The notes beneath the pieces are model-generated. The model did no database searches, was not told where the DNA came from, and saw only the letters and a program-made list of their open reading frames with translations. From assembly GCA_964352815.1 (NCBI GenBank), contig CAYGTO010000003.1:133015-197014 (forward strand): a DNA stretch of 64,000 nt, written 5' to 3'. A program made the position numbers and the translations under genes. Below are positions 35,941 through 44,836 of the stretch, piece after piece; the first letter of the stretch is position 1; every line of letters begins with the position of its first letter. This DNA is from an uncultured Azospirillaceae bacterium (GTDB lineage: Bacteria > Pseudomonadota > Alphaproteobacteria > Rickettsiales > UBA3002).

Positions 35941-36070
35941 TTCAGCTTTTTTGCAACTGCGACGCCAGTAGGCCGGAGCGGGAACAATCTTCATATAATC
36001 GTCACATTTCAGGCCCTATGTCATGCTATACTTAAAGGTGAGAAAGTAATTATTCTCATAGGTTGAAACT

Positions 36071-36598
36071 ATGGAAACATTGAAGAAATTTATGAATGGC
36101 TGCGCCGATGCAGCAGGCTGGGTGGGCAAAAAAGCCTCTGATTTCCCGCTGCGCATTGAAATGCACCATGATACGCGTCCGAACACCACATCGGGCACCT
36201 TGATCGTGGAAGCGATCAAATGGGGCACTGTGGCCGCGATTGGTGCGCTCGGATTCTTTGCCTTTGGCCCTGCTTCAACGGTAGGCATTGTCCTTATGGC
36301 TGTTTCCGGAACCCTCGGCGCCATTAGCCTCTATGACGATATTGGCGGCCTCAAAGACCGCATGGAACGTCGCACCATTCAGCGCATGAAACGCCTCAAA
36401 GAAGATGCGGGTTTAAGCGAAGAGCAAGTCCTCGATCTCTGCCATAGCTCGGCAGAAAAAGACAAAACCACCTCTCCGGTACACAACGCACGCACCGCGC
36501 TCGCAGAGCCGATTGAGGCACGCCGCGAAGGCGCCAAGGAAAGCTGGGCCAGCCGCATTTTAGGCGAGCCTGAGCATACGGCCGAAAAAGCCCGCTAA
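36071..36598 (+). CDS. hypothetical membrane protein
   Basis: 175-aa ORF with two adjacent hydrophobic helices and a charged C-terminal half; inserted between purQ and purL. Confidence 0.5.
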   Translation: METLKKFMNGCADAAGWVGKKASDFPLRIEMHHDTRPNTTSGTLIVEAIKWGTVAAIGALGFFAFGPASTVGIVLMAVSGTLGAISLYDDIGGLKDRMERRTIQRMKRLKEDAGLSEEQVLDLCHSSAEKDKTTSPVHNARTALAEPIEARREGAKESWASRILGEPEHTAEKAR

Positions 36599-36684
36599 AC
36601 ACCCCTTTTCTCCCGAATGACTGATAAGTTTCGCTTGCTCGAAAAAGCGCTGCCACCTATGGTGCATTCAACCAAAGGAGTGCT

Positions 36685-38907
36685 ATGTTGTCTGCGAAAA
36701 AGAAGGCTGATCAAGCCGATGCATTCGAAATCACCGATGCAATCATCTCTGAGCATGGGCTCACCAGCGACGAATATGCGCTGATCAAAAAAATCTTGAA
36801 ACGCGAGCCGAACCTGACCGAACTCGGAATTTTCTCGGTCATGTGGTCAGAGCATTGTTCTTATAAAACCACGCGCAACTGGCTGTCAAAGCTGCCGACC
36901 GAAGGTAAGCACGTGATTTGCGGGCCAGGCGAGAATGCAGGGGTGATTGATTTGGGCGATAATCACGCCGCGATTTTTAAGATGGAAAGCCATAACCACC
37001 CCTCCTTCATCGAGCCGCATCAAGGCGCAGCAACGGGTGTTGGCGGCATTTTGCGCGATGTGTTCACCATGGGCGCACGCCCGATCGCACTAATGAACGC
37101 GCTACGTTTCGGCGACCCGGCCCATAGCAAAACGCGCCATATTGTGCGCGGCGTCGTTGCAGGCATTGGCCATTACGGCAACTGTGTCGGCGTGCCAACC
37201 GTGGGCGGCGAATGTAATTTCCACCCGGCTTATAATGGCAACCCGCTGGTCAATGCCATGTGCGTCGGCCTCGCCGATAAGGACAAAATCTTTTACGCCA
37301 AAGCCAGCGGCGTTGGCAATCCGGTGCTCTATGTTGGCGCGAAGACGGGCCGTGATGGCATCCATGGCGCGACCATGGCGTCGGCCGAGTTTGACGAAAA
37401 TACGGAAGAAAAACGCCCGACCGTTCAGGTGGGCGATCCGTTCACCGAGAAGCTGCTCATCGAGGCCTGCCTTGAGCTCATGGCCACCGATGCAATCATC
37501 GCAATTCAAGATATGGGCGCAGCCGGCCTGACCTGCTCCTCGCTCGAAATGGCTGATAAGGGCGAGCTAGGCATTAAGCTCGACCTCGACAAAGTGCCAA
37601 CGCGCGAAGCCAGCATGACGCCATATGAAATCATGCTTTCAGAAAGCCAGGAGCGCATGCTGATGGTGATCAAGCCTGAGCGCGAACAGATGGCCTATGA
37701 CATTATCAAGAAATGGGAACTCGATATTGCGACCGTCGGTGAGCTGACCGATACCGGCCGTATGGAAGTGTTCATGCATGGCGAATGCGCGGTGGATATT
37801 CCGGTCGCGCCGCTGTCAGACAAAGCCCCGCGCCTGAACCGGCCCTACACGATTCGCCGCGAAGAAATGACGCTTAACGCTGAAGATGTTGCCACCACTG
37901 ATATTGGCCTCGCGCTGCGTAACTTGCTCACTAGCCCGGACATTGCGAGCAAGCGTTGGATTTGGCAGCAATATGATCATATGGTGATGAACGACACCGT
38001 CGTGCGCCCGGGCAGTGACGCGGCCGTCGTGCGTATTCATGGGACCGAGAAAGCCATCGCCATCAGCACCGATTGCACCCCGCGCTATTGCTATGCCGAT
38101 CCGGTCGAAGGCGGCAAACAGGCGGTGGTCGAAACCTGGCGCAACCTCACCGCCACCGGCGCAACGCCGCTCGCCATCACCAACTGCCTGAACTTCGGCA
38201 ACCCTGAAAAAGAAGCGATCATGGGCCAACTTGTCGGCTGTATCGAAGGGATGGCGGAAGCCTGCAAGGCGCTTGATTACCCGGTCGTCTCGGGCAATGT
38301 TTCCCTCTATAACGAAACCCATGGCGAAGGTATTTTGCCAACGCCCGCCATTGGCGGTGTCGGGCTTTTGGAAGATGTGGAGAAGCGCTGCGGCATGGCC
38401 TTCACCGAACCTGGCCATGCGATTTTAGTGCTCGGCAAAACCGAGGGCCATCTGGGCGCTTCACTGTACTTGCGTGATTTGGTCGGCCGTGAAGAGGGCG
38501 CGCCGCCGCCGGTCAATCTGGAAGAAGAAAAATATATCGGTGAATTTGTCCGCGGCCTCATTTCCGTCGGTTTGCTTTCCGCCTGCCACGACATTAGCGA
38601 TGGTGGCTTACTCGTCGCACTCGCCGAAATGTGTTTCGCCTATGAAATCGGCGCCGAAATCGCCTTCCCACCCGAAATCATGCCGCATGCCTATGCGTTT
38701 GGCGAAGATCAGGGCCGCTACCTCATCGCCATGCCCGCGAAGAAGAAGGAAGAAATCATGCTTAAACTCAATACAGCTGATATTGATTTCTTTGATTTGG
38801 GTGAGACCAAGGGCGATCAGTTGATTGTGCGCGGCCTGACCTCCATTCCGATTTCACATTTGAAAGAATCACACGAGGCCTGGCTACCGGGGTATATGAG
38901 TTCGTGA
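36685..38907 (+). CDS. purL: phosphoribosylformylglycinamidine synthase subunit PurL (small type)
   Basis: 740 aa with SEHCSYK and ESHNHPS motifs and duplicated AIR-synthase-like domains. Confidence 0.95.
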   Translation: MLSAKKKADQADAFEITDAIISEHGLTSDEYALIKKILKREPNLTELGIFSVMWSEHCSYKTTRNWLSKLPTEGKHVICGPGENAGVIDLGDNHAAIFKMESHNHPSFIEPHQGAATGVGGILRDVFTMGARPIALMNALRFGDPAHSKTRHIVRGVVAGIGHYGNCVGVPTVGGECNFHPAYNGNPLVNAMCVGLADKDKIFYAKASGVGNPVLYVGAKTGRDGIHGATMASAEFDENTEEKRPTVQVGDPFTEKLLIEACLELMATDAIIAIQDMGAAGLTCSSLEMADKGELGIKLDLDKVPTREASMTPYEIMLSESQERMLMVIKPEREQMAYDIIKKWELDIATVGELTDTGRMEVFMHGECAVDIPVAPLSDKAPRLNRPYTIRREEMTLNAEDVATTDIGLALRNLLTSPDIASKRWIWQQYDHMVMNDTVVRPGSDAAVVRIHGTEKAIAISTDCTPRYCYADPVEGGKQAVVETWRNLTATGATPLAITNCLNFGNPEKEAIMGQLVGCIEGMAEACKALDYPVVSGNVSLYNETHGEGILPTPAIGGVGLLEDVEKRCGMAFTEPGHAILVLGKTEGHLGASLYLRDLVGREEGAPPPVNLEEEKYIGEFVRGLISVGLLSACHDISDGGLLVALAEMCFAYEIGAEIAFPPEIMPHAYAFGEDQGRYLIAMPAKKKEEIMLKLNTADIDFFDLGETKGDQLIVRGLTSIPISHLKESHEAWLPGYMSS

Positions 38908-38917
38908 TATTTTTATT

Positions 38918-39074
38918 GTCATCCTCGGGGCTTTTGTCAGCAAGACAAAAGAACCCGGGGATCCAGAATCTAAAAGGTCAGAAGACCTTTTAGATTTCTC
39001 ATGAAGTCTACTGACTTCATGAGAATGGATTGCCTGGATGCGTTCGCTTACTGCTCACTTACCGTGGCAATGAC
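38918..39074. repeat. long (157 bp) four-hairpin variant of the GTCAT...ATGAC element, purL-bolA spacer
   Basis: The ends are near-identical to 35078-35233. The internal hairpins are aatctaaaaggtc-agaa-gaccttttagatt and tctcatgaagtc-tact-gacttcatgaga. Confidence 0.85.
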
Positions 39075-39098
39075 ACCAACTGTGAAAAGGAGACCACC

Positions 39099-39332
39099 AT
39101 GCCGATGAGCCAAACCGAAATCGAATCACGCATCAAAGCCGCCCTGCCCGATGCTGACATCCAGATGATCGCGCTGGTCGATGATGGTGATCACTGGGAA
39201 ATCACCGTGACCGACGCCACGTTTGAAGGCAAAAGTCGCGTGCAACAGCACCAAATGATCTACGCCGCCCTCGGCAGTGATATGGGCACCACGCTCCATG
39301 CGCTGTCAGTGAAGACGAAATTGCCGGCATAG
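39099..39332 (+). CDS. BolA-family protein
   Basis: 77-aa BolA-like protein (..F.GKSRVQQHQMIYAAL......LHALS.KT). AAGGAG lies upstream of ATG 39099. The listed ORF start (39030) lies inside the repeat. Confidence 0.85.
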   Translation: MPMSQTEIESRIKAALPDADIQMIALVDDGDHWEITVTDATFEGKSRVQQHQMIYAALGSDMGTTLHALSVKTKLPA

Positions 39333-39380
39333 CTTGCATTTTGTGAGTTTTTCTCTATCTAAGAGGAAAAGGAGATTCCC

Positions 39381-39713
39381 ATGACCGACACCGCCCAAAC
39401 CATCCAATCGACCATCGAGAATAACGACATTGTGCTCTATATGAAGGGCTCAAAGAAACTGCCACAATGTGGCTTTTCCGGGCTTGTCGTCACCGTGATG
39501 GAACGCCTTGGCGTCGATGAATATCAAGACATCGATGTGCTGCGCGACCCGGAAATTCGTCAGGGCATCAAGGATTTCTCAAACTGGCCGACCATCCCAC
39601 AGCTCTACATTAAAGGCGAATTCATTGGCGGCGCCGATATCGTCCGCGAAATGTATGAGTCCGGCGAGCTCGAACAGCTCCTCAAAGATAAAGGCATTCG
39701 GGCAGCGGCATAA
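39381..39713 (+). CDS. grxD: monothiol glutaredoxin (Grx4 family)
   Basis: CGFS active site and WPTIPQLYI motif. Confidence 0.95.
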   Translation: MTDTAQTIQSTIENNDIVLYMKGSKKLPQCGFSGLVVTVMERLGVDEYQDIDVLRDPEIRQGIKDFSNWPTIPQLYIKGEFIGGADIVREMYESGELEQLLKDKGIRAAA

Positions 39714-40289
39714 TTAAAACCCGCGGCCTTGATCTTTCTCTTTCCCCGGTACTTGCTGCACATTATTCGATAGCTCTCCCAAGCTGCTCAAATTCGCGAG
39801 CTGCATCGTCGTGAAAATACCTTTTTTTGCCAGTTCCATCCCAATATTCTCAACCTCTCGCTCTGCCCCGGGGCGCACCAGAAACGCCTCTTTGAGACGC
39901 TTCAGCGTCTCGCGCGAAAAGAAATAGGCCAGCCACCCCTGACGCACCGCTTCTTTTTTGCGCTCTTGCTCCGCCTCGCGCTGACGCTCGAGAATGGCTT
40001 TGAGCAGCTGCGCTTTTTCAGCATCGAGCGCCTGGACAATTTCTTGCACTTTTCGCACCAGCTCCTGACGCATCGTATCGTTCATATGCTCAACAATTTC
40101 CGCGATGAGAAGATCCACATCCTTATTCCCCGCCAACACCTGCTCGACGATCAGATCAATGTCGTTCTGATAGAGCTTGAGCAGCTCTTCCGGGTCATAG
40201 CCGGCCGGCTTCCCCGCGCGCAGAAAGCCCACCGCGGTGAACATCACCTGGTTGATATTGGCTTTCTTGAGCTGTTTGGGCATGGGCAT
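39714..40289 (-). CDS. hypothetical coiled-coil protein
   Basis: 191-aa ORF, charged and helical; no motif recognised. Confidence 0.5.
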   Translation of the reverse strand: MPMPKQLKKANINQVMFTAVGFLRAGKPAGYDPEELLKLYQNDIDLIVEQVLAGNKDVDLLIAEIVEHMNDTMRQELVRKVQEIVQALDAEKAQLLKAILERQREAEQERKKEAVRQGWLAYFFSRETLKRLKEAFLVRPGAEREVENIGMELAKKGIFTTMQLANLSSLGELSNNVQQVPGKEKDQGRGF

Positions 40290-40454
40290 TTCTGCAGTTT
40301 ACTGGAATCCGCGCCAGAATCAAATGCGAGATCCTGCGGTCGCGCCGCGGGATGGCATATACAAATATTGGAACGAGGTCAGCAGACCGAGCCTTTAGTG
40401 CGCGAAGCGCTTAGGTTCATCGCGCGTAACAGCAGTGCAGCGCGGGAACAAACG

Positions 40455-40484
40455 CAAAAAACAAAAAGGCCGCCCGAAGGCGGC
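40455..40484 (-). terminator. rho-independent terminator of rpsD
   Basis: The minus strand reads GGCCGCC-TTCG-GGCGGCC followed by TTTTTGTTTTTT, 50 nt after the rpsD stop. Confidence 0.85.
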
Positions 40485-40533
40485 CCAAGCTCAGACAAGC
40501 ATCTCGCTTTCTCAAGCGGGATGGATAACGGGA

Positions 40534-41151
40534 TTAACGTGAATAGAATTCCACCACGAGGTTTGGCTCCATCTGCACCGGATACGGGATATCCATCAGC
40601 TGTGGCACGCGTTTGAAGGTGCCTTTGAAGCCTTGATCTTCTAACACAATATATTCTGGTGTTTCGCGCTCAGCGCTGCCCACCGCTTCAATCACCATCG
40701 GAATCTGGCGTGACTTTTCTTTCACTTCCACCACATCGCCGACTTTTAGGCGGTAGCTTGGAATGTTAATTTTTTTGCCATTCACTTTCACATGACCGTG
40801 ATTCACGAACTGGCGCGCCGCGAAGACGGTTGGCACCACGCGCATGCGGTAGATCACCGCATCCAGGCGCTGCTCAAGCAAGCCAACGAGATTCTCTGAC
40901 GTATCGCCTCTCAGGCGCACGGCTTCCGCATAAATGCGGCGGAACTGTTTTTCCGTCAGATCGCCATAATATTTTTTCAATTTTTGCTTCGCGCGCAGCT
41001 GCGTTCCGAAGTCAGACAGCTTGCGGCGGCGGAGCGGCCCATGCTGACCTGGCGTATATGAACGGCGGTTAACAGGGTCTTTTGCGCGGCCCCAAAGGCT
41101 CTCACCTAGGCTACGGCTAATTTTGTATTTAACAGGACTTCTACGACTCAT
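40534..41151 (-). CDS. rpsD: 30S ribosomal protein S4
   Basis: [17 protein letters not shown] entry and S4 RNA-binding domain. GAGGAAAG lies upstream of ATG 41151. Confidence 0.95.
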   Translation of the reverse strand: MSRRSPVKYKISRSLGESLWGRAKDPVNRRSYTPGQHGPLRRRKLSDFGTQLRAKQKLKKYYGDLTEKQFRRIYAEAVRLRGDTSENLVGLLEQRLDAVIYRMRVVPTVFAARQFVNHGHVKVNGKKINIPSYRLKVGDVVEVKEKSRQIPMVIEAVGSAERETPEYIVLEDQGFKGTFKRVPQLMDIPYPVQMEPNLVVEFYSR

Positions 41152-41307
41152 CTTTCCTCGCAATGGTTAGTTCGTTGCTGCTTTCACAAGGCGGGCAATA
41201 TGTGCACCAGTTTCTTGGCTTTGCAGAGAGGAAAGCTGCTCCGAGCTGCAAAGTTCACGTTGGTATAGAAGGATTACTTCGAATGTCAAGGGGTAATTAG
41301 CAAGACC

Positions 41308-41391
41308 GTCATTCTCGACGGCGCTGCTGCGCATGTCGGGAATCTAACCGATACGATCCCCGAGACGAACAGCAGTTCGCTCGAGGATGAC
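41308..41391. repeat. nested-palindrome element (GTCAT...ATGAC family)
   Basis: GTCATTCTCGAC...GTCGGGAATCT...GATCCCCGAGAC...CTCGAGGATGAC. Its reverse complement is largely colinear with the copy at 54193-54277. Confidence 0.85.
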
Positions 41392-41409
41392 GTTATGGTA
41401 TTGAAATGA

Positions 41410-42081
41410 TTAAAGCTGTGCTTGCTGCTGTGGTGCGGCTACATTGAGGCCACCATCCAGCGCCATGCTTGCAGTCGCAAGCTGCGTGCCTGTCATATTG
41501 TGCGGCATTTGCGGCGTACCGAAGGCCGGCGCCATCGCCATTTGCTGCGTTGCGTTTTGCAAGACCGCTTCACGCATTTGATTTTCTGCAGTCAGGCGTT
41601 CATTTGCTACGGCAAGTTCCGCACGTTCTGCAGCCAATGCACGTGCTTCTTCACTATCGCCTGAGCTGCGCGTCATGGCTGATACGGCTGCTAAGCCACC
41701 TGCGACGGCGGTAACACCTGCGGCAGGATACAAGAATTTCTTACTGACCATAAAGTTAGCAGTGCCCTTACCAAGGTTATATACCTTACTTCCTACGTAA
41801 CCAAGGCCTTTGCCTGTGTAGTTTGCGGCTGCAGCACCTAGAGCATCTGCCTCTAACGCAGTTGCAGCTCTCGCACCACTAGCAGCCGTTGTAGCCGCTT
41901 TACCCACGGTCTCTAAACCTGCTTGATACGCTGGCCCAAGTCTTTGTGCTGTACCAGCTGCGACTTCACTCCCCGCACCCGATAAAAACTTTGAACCTTT
42001 TCTTAAAGGCCAAAGGGCAACTTTACCGATAGTCTCGGGAATTCTTACTGCGCCAGTTGCTAATTTGCCTAACATGCTCAT
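41410..42081 (-). CDS. hypothetical Gly/Ala-rich protein, paralogue of the upstream gene
   Basis: Start placed at MSMLGK (42081), 10 nt after the upstream stop. Ala/Gly-rich, with one hydrophobic segment, a coiled coil (ERAELAVANERLTAENQ) and a C-terminal MAPAFGTPQMP motif. Confidence 0.55.
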   Translation of the reverse strand: MSMLGKLATGAVRIPETIGKVALWPLRKGSKFLSGAGSEVAAGTAQRLGPAYQAGLETVGKAATTAASGARAATALEADALGAAAANYTGKGLGYVGSKVYNLGKGTANFMVSKKFLYPAAGVTAVAGGLAAVSAMTRSSGDSEEARALAAERAELAVANERLTAENQMREAVLQNATQQMAMAPAFGTPQMPHNMTGTQLATASMALDGGLNVAAPQQQAQL

Positions 42082-42091
42082 TTTTACTATC

Positions 42092-42691
42092 CTATCTCGT
42101 TGCTTCCTGCAGCAGGGCGGCGTCTCGCACTTGCCCTTGATACGCTGCTTCATTCATATCCACCGCTGCACTGCCTGGCACACCGCCGGCAAAGGCTGGG
42201 TGCATCGCTTGGCGTGGCTGCGCGCGTTCCATCACAGCCTGCTGCAACATGCCCGCTGCCTGTTCTTGCTGTGCGCGTACATTCATCAGCTGACGCGTGG
42301 TTTCTTGCTCTGCTTGCAACCCGCGCGCTTGCCCGCGGATCACTTCGTTTTTCTTGCCACCGAGCAGGCCTGTTACTGTTGAGGCCACCGCACCGGTTGC
42401 ACCGCCTACAGGTGTTCCAGCGACGGCTCCAACCAAGCCAGCGCCACCACTAATGATTCCTACAGTGGTTGCTAACGTGGTAAAAAAGCTCGTTGATGCA
42501 ACGATTCCCACTGCGCCGCCAACAAGCCCTAGAACAGCTCCGATACCTAATGCAAAGGGTAGCGCCGCAACTGCAAACGCGATTCCGCCGGCTATGGCGC
42601 CTGTAAAACCGCTTTCCGCGGAGCTTTCGAGCACTCTGCGTCCATATGATTTCGGGCGTGCTGTTTCAAAATTAGTTCCATCTAATGGCAT
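42092..42691 (-). CDS. hypothetical glycine-zipper membrane protein
   Basis: About 85 aa of uninterrupted Gly/Ala/Val-rich hydrophobic sequence, then a Gln-rich coiled coil and an AMHPAFAGGVP motif. Confidence 0.55.
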   Translation of the reverse strand: MPLDGTNFETARPKSYGRRVLESSAESGFTGAIAGGIAFAVAALPFALGIGAVLGLVGGAVGIVASTSFFTTLATTVGIISGGAGLVGAVAGTPVGGATGAVASTVTGLLGGKKNEVIRGQARGLQAEQETTRQLMNVRAQQEQAAGMLQQAVMERAQPRQAMHPAFAGGVPGSAAVDMNEAAYQGQVRDAALLQEATR

Positions 42692-43153
42692 GATTCGCTC
42701 ACATAGTTTTATTTACTATGACTAATCTACCATTTCGCCATTAGCCTGTGTGTGACAGTTTTATGACAATTGCGGATGGAAATCGCTTGAGAAGCGATTT
42801 TCAACGCAAAATCAGAGAAAGCTTAGCGTTGCAAGGCGAATGCCGCGGCAATGCTTAGCGGATCTGTGGTGTTCGCCCCCGCTCCGGCCTGCTGGCCTCA
42901 TGAGAAAAAAGCGTTGATAATGCTTTTTTCGAAAATCTCTCCGAGGCTTGCTTTTTATGAGGCGCCTGTCCTCCGAAGCCTTAGCGAAGGAGGAAGTGTA
43001 TCGAGCCGATGTAAAAAGCCTAGCCGCAGGTGTGGTTTTTATATTTGCTCCTGCTCGGTCTCCTGACCTCGCAATGAGCCTAACGCCTCCGGCGACTAAA
43101 GGGCTTCGCCTACTGGCTGCACGCCCATAACAAACTGATTTAATTAATTTTAT

Positions 43154-43984
43154 CTACCTAAACTCAAACAGCGCTCGGAAAATCCCATGCCAGGTGTTTA
43201 CTTCCTGCGTGCTAAGGTCCGCTCTCAATAAAGAAGTGCGGATATTGCGCCACATGGCAGACTTTTTCTCGGGCACGCTCCAGAAATTCGCCTGATCAAG
43301 CATGGGTTCAAGCTGGTCAAACAGCGCCTGTAGCTCACCGTGGGTTGCATTTACACCGTCATCCTGAGAGAGCGCAGCGACCGAAGGATCTTCTATCCTG
43401 TGGCGCGATAGATCCTTCGCCGGCGGCTCAGGATGACGAAGATTAGCCTCCCGAATCCCGAATTCTTGCCTAAACCACTCATAACACACAATATTAACTG
43501 CTTGACCAAGATTCAGGGACGGATAGTCCGGATTCGCCGGAATCGGCAGAATCGCCTGCGCCAGCGTGACATGTTCATTGGTCAGGCCCGTGCGTTCTGG
43601 GCCGAAAAGAATGGCTACACTGTCATCCCGCGATTTAATCGCGGGATCTCTACTTGCATCCAGAGATCCCCTGGTCAAGCCACGGGATGACAACATTTCA
43701 CTAATATCCGCCTCCGGCTTATGCATCTCTCGGTCGCGCGCCGTGGTGGCCAGTACATAGTCACAGTCCGCTATGGCCGCTTCTAACGTGTCATAGAGCT
43801 GCGCCGCCTCAATCAGGTGCTTTGCCCCCGCCGACAGGCTCAGCGCCCGCTCATTGGGCCAGCCATCGCGCGGATTGACAATTCTAAGCTCCGACACGGC
43901 GAAATTATGCATTGCCCGCGCCGCCGCACCAATATTCTCGCCCATTTGCGGCTCAACGAGGATGATTTTCGGAGATTGTTGCAT
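43154..43984 (-). CDS. SpoU/TrmH-family RNA 2'-O-methyltransferase (TrmJ/LasT-like) with two repeat-derived insertions
   Basis: ILVEPQMGENIGAAARAM, ILFGPERTGL and SLNLGQAV motifs. The extra segments LSSRGLTRGSLDASRDPAIKSRDDS and HPEPPAKDLSRHRIEDPSVAALSQDDG coincide with the two repeat copies. Confidence 0.85.
   Translation of the reverse strand: MQQSPKIILVEPQMGENIGAAARAMHNFAVSELRIVNPRDGWPNERALSLSAGAKHLIEAAQLYDTLEAAIADCDYVLATTARDREMHKPEADISEMLSSRGLTRGSLDASRDPAIKSRDDSVAILFGPERTGLTNEHVTLAQAILPIPANPDYPSLNLGQAVNIVCYEWFRQEFGIREANLRHPEPPAKDLSRHRIEDPSVAALSQDDGVNATHGELQALFDQLEPMLDQANFWSVPEKKSAMWRNIRTSLLRADLSTQEVNTWHGIFRALFEFR
43358..43437. repeat. nested-palindrome element (GTCATCCTGAG subfamily) inside the methyltransferase CDS
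   Basis: 80 bp, identical at 75 of 80 positions to 45121-45200, in the same orientation. Confidence 0.9.
43622..43691. repeat. nested-palindrome element (GTCATCCCGCG variant) inside the methyltransferase CDS
   Basis: GTCATCCCGCG-atttaat-CGCGGGATCTCT-acttgcatcc-AGAGATCCC-ctggtcaagcca-CGGGATGAC. Confidence 0.85.
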
Positions 43985-44053
43985 TGCACCACTACAGTTC
44001 ATTGTTTTTTAATGATTTTTCATTATTGTTATATGGTCTAAAAGGAAAATGCA

Positions 44054-44836
44054 ATGCCACGTAGAAAGAACACTGTAAACGTCAAAATACTCGCTTTGGT
44101 CGACACGCTGGATTTACTGCTATCATTAAAAGAAGCAGATCTGCCTGAGGGTGAAACTGATTTATTCCCTGGTCTTGTAGGCCTTCCTGTCTACAAATCC
44201 GCTGATTATCAGTCACAAATCAAACAGTTAAATCTTGCTATGAAATCACTTGCTGACACAATGGGTAAACAACCAATATCTTTTGGCAAATCGGAACGTG
44301 ATCATGATAGGGAAGCTGGCGGCCTGTATGTACTTCATGTTTCTATTCCCGAACCACCTCATGAATATTTAGATATATTACGTACATTTCTAGAAACTCA
44401 TAAAACTAAGCATGGCATTCCAGAAGGCTTCATCGATTACCGCCATACCCCCCAGATGCCTGTGGATTTGTTGATTGCGTGTTTAGCTGAAGTTAGAGAA
44501 AACTCGGCCCCTGAAGATACATCTGCAACATTAGAAACACCAATAAACAACGGGTTACATGCCGCTGCGCTTTCTAAACTCCTCAACGCAGCCAAAGCCA
44601 GCGCTTACGGCGATACGCATGAAATACTATTTAAACCTGCATATACAGGAGTCGAAGTAACCTCATCAGGCATAGGACTGCACGAAGCGATTGATAAGCT
44701 GACATCAAACTTAAAACAGCCAGAGAGAAAGAAGGCGTTTGCTAATCACATCCAACAACCCGATTTCGCGCGGGCAGCTCAAAGCGTTTACGCTGCTTAC
44801 GTAGCGCCAATTGCGCGTTCACATGGGTATGTTTAG
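44054..44836 (+). CDS. hypothetical protein (orphan)
   Basis: 260-aa ORF, AT-richer than neighbours by eye; no motif recognised. Confidence 0.5.
   Translation: MPRRKNTVNVKILALVDTLDLLLSLKEADLPEGETDLFPGLVGLPVYKSADYQSQIKQLNLAMKSLADTMGKQPISFGKSERDHDREAGGLYVLHVSIPEPPHEYLDILRTFLETHKTKHGIPEGFIDYRHTPQMPVDLLIACLAEVRENSAPEDTSATLETPINNGLHAAALSKLLNAAKASAYGDTHEILFKPAYTGVEVTSSGIGLHEAIDKLTSNLKQPERKKAFANHIQQPDFARAAQSVYAAYVAPIARSHGYV

Noticed and set aside
39966-40616. 216-aa plus-strand ORF
   Set aside because: It is antisense to the 39714-40289 ORF, runs through the rpsD terminator hairpin and into the rpsD 3' end, and has shadow-frame composition.
42692-43153. Possible two-piece (permuted) alphaproteobacterial tmRNA in the long spacer
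   Set aside because: I found no GGTTCGA-type T-arm followed by ACCA. I also found no tag reading frame ending in a hydrophobic ..LAA/..VAA stop on either strand.
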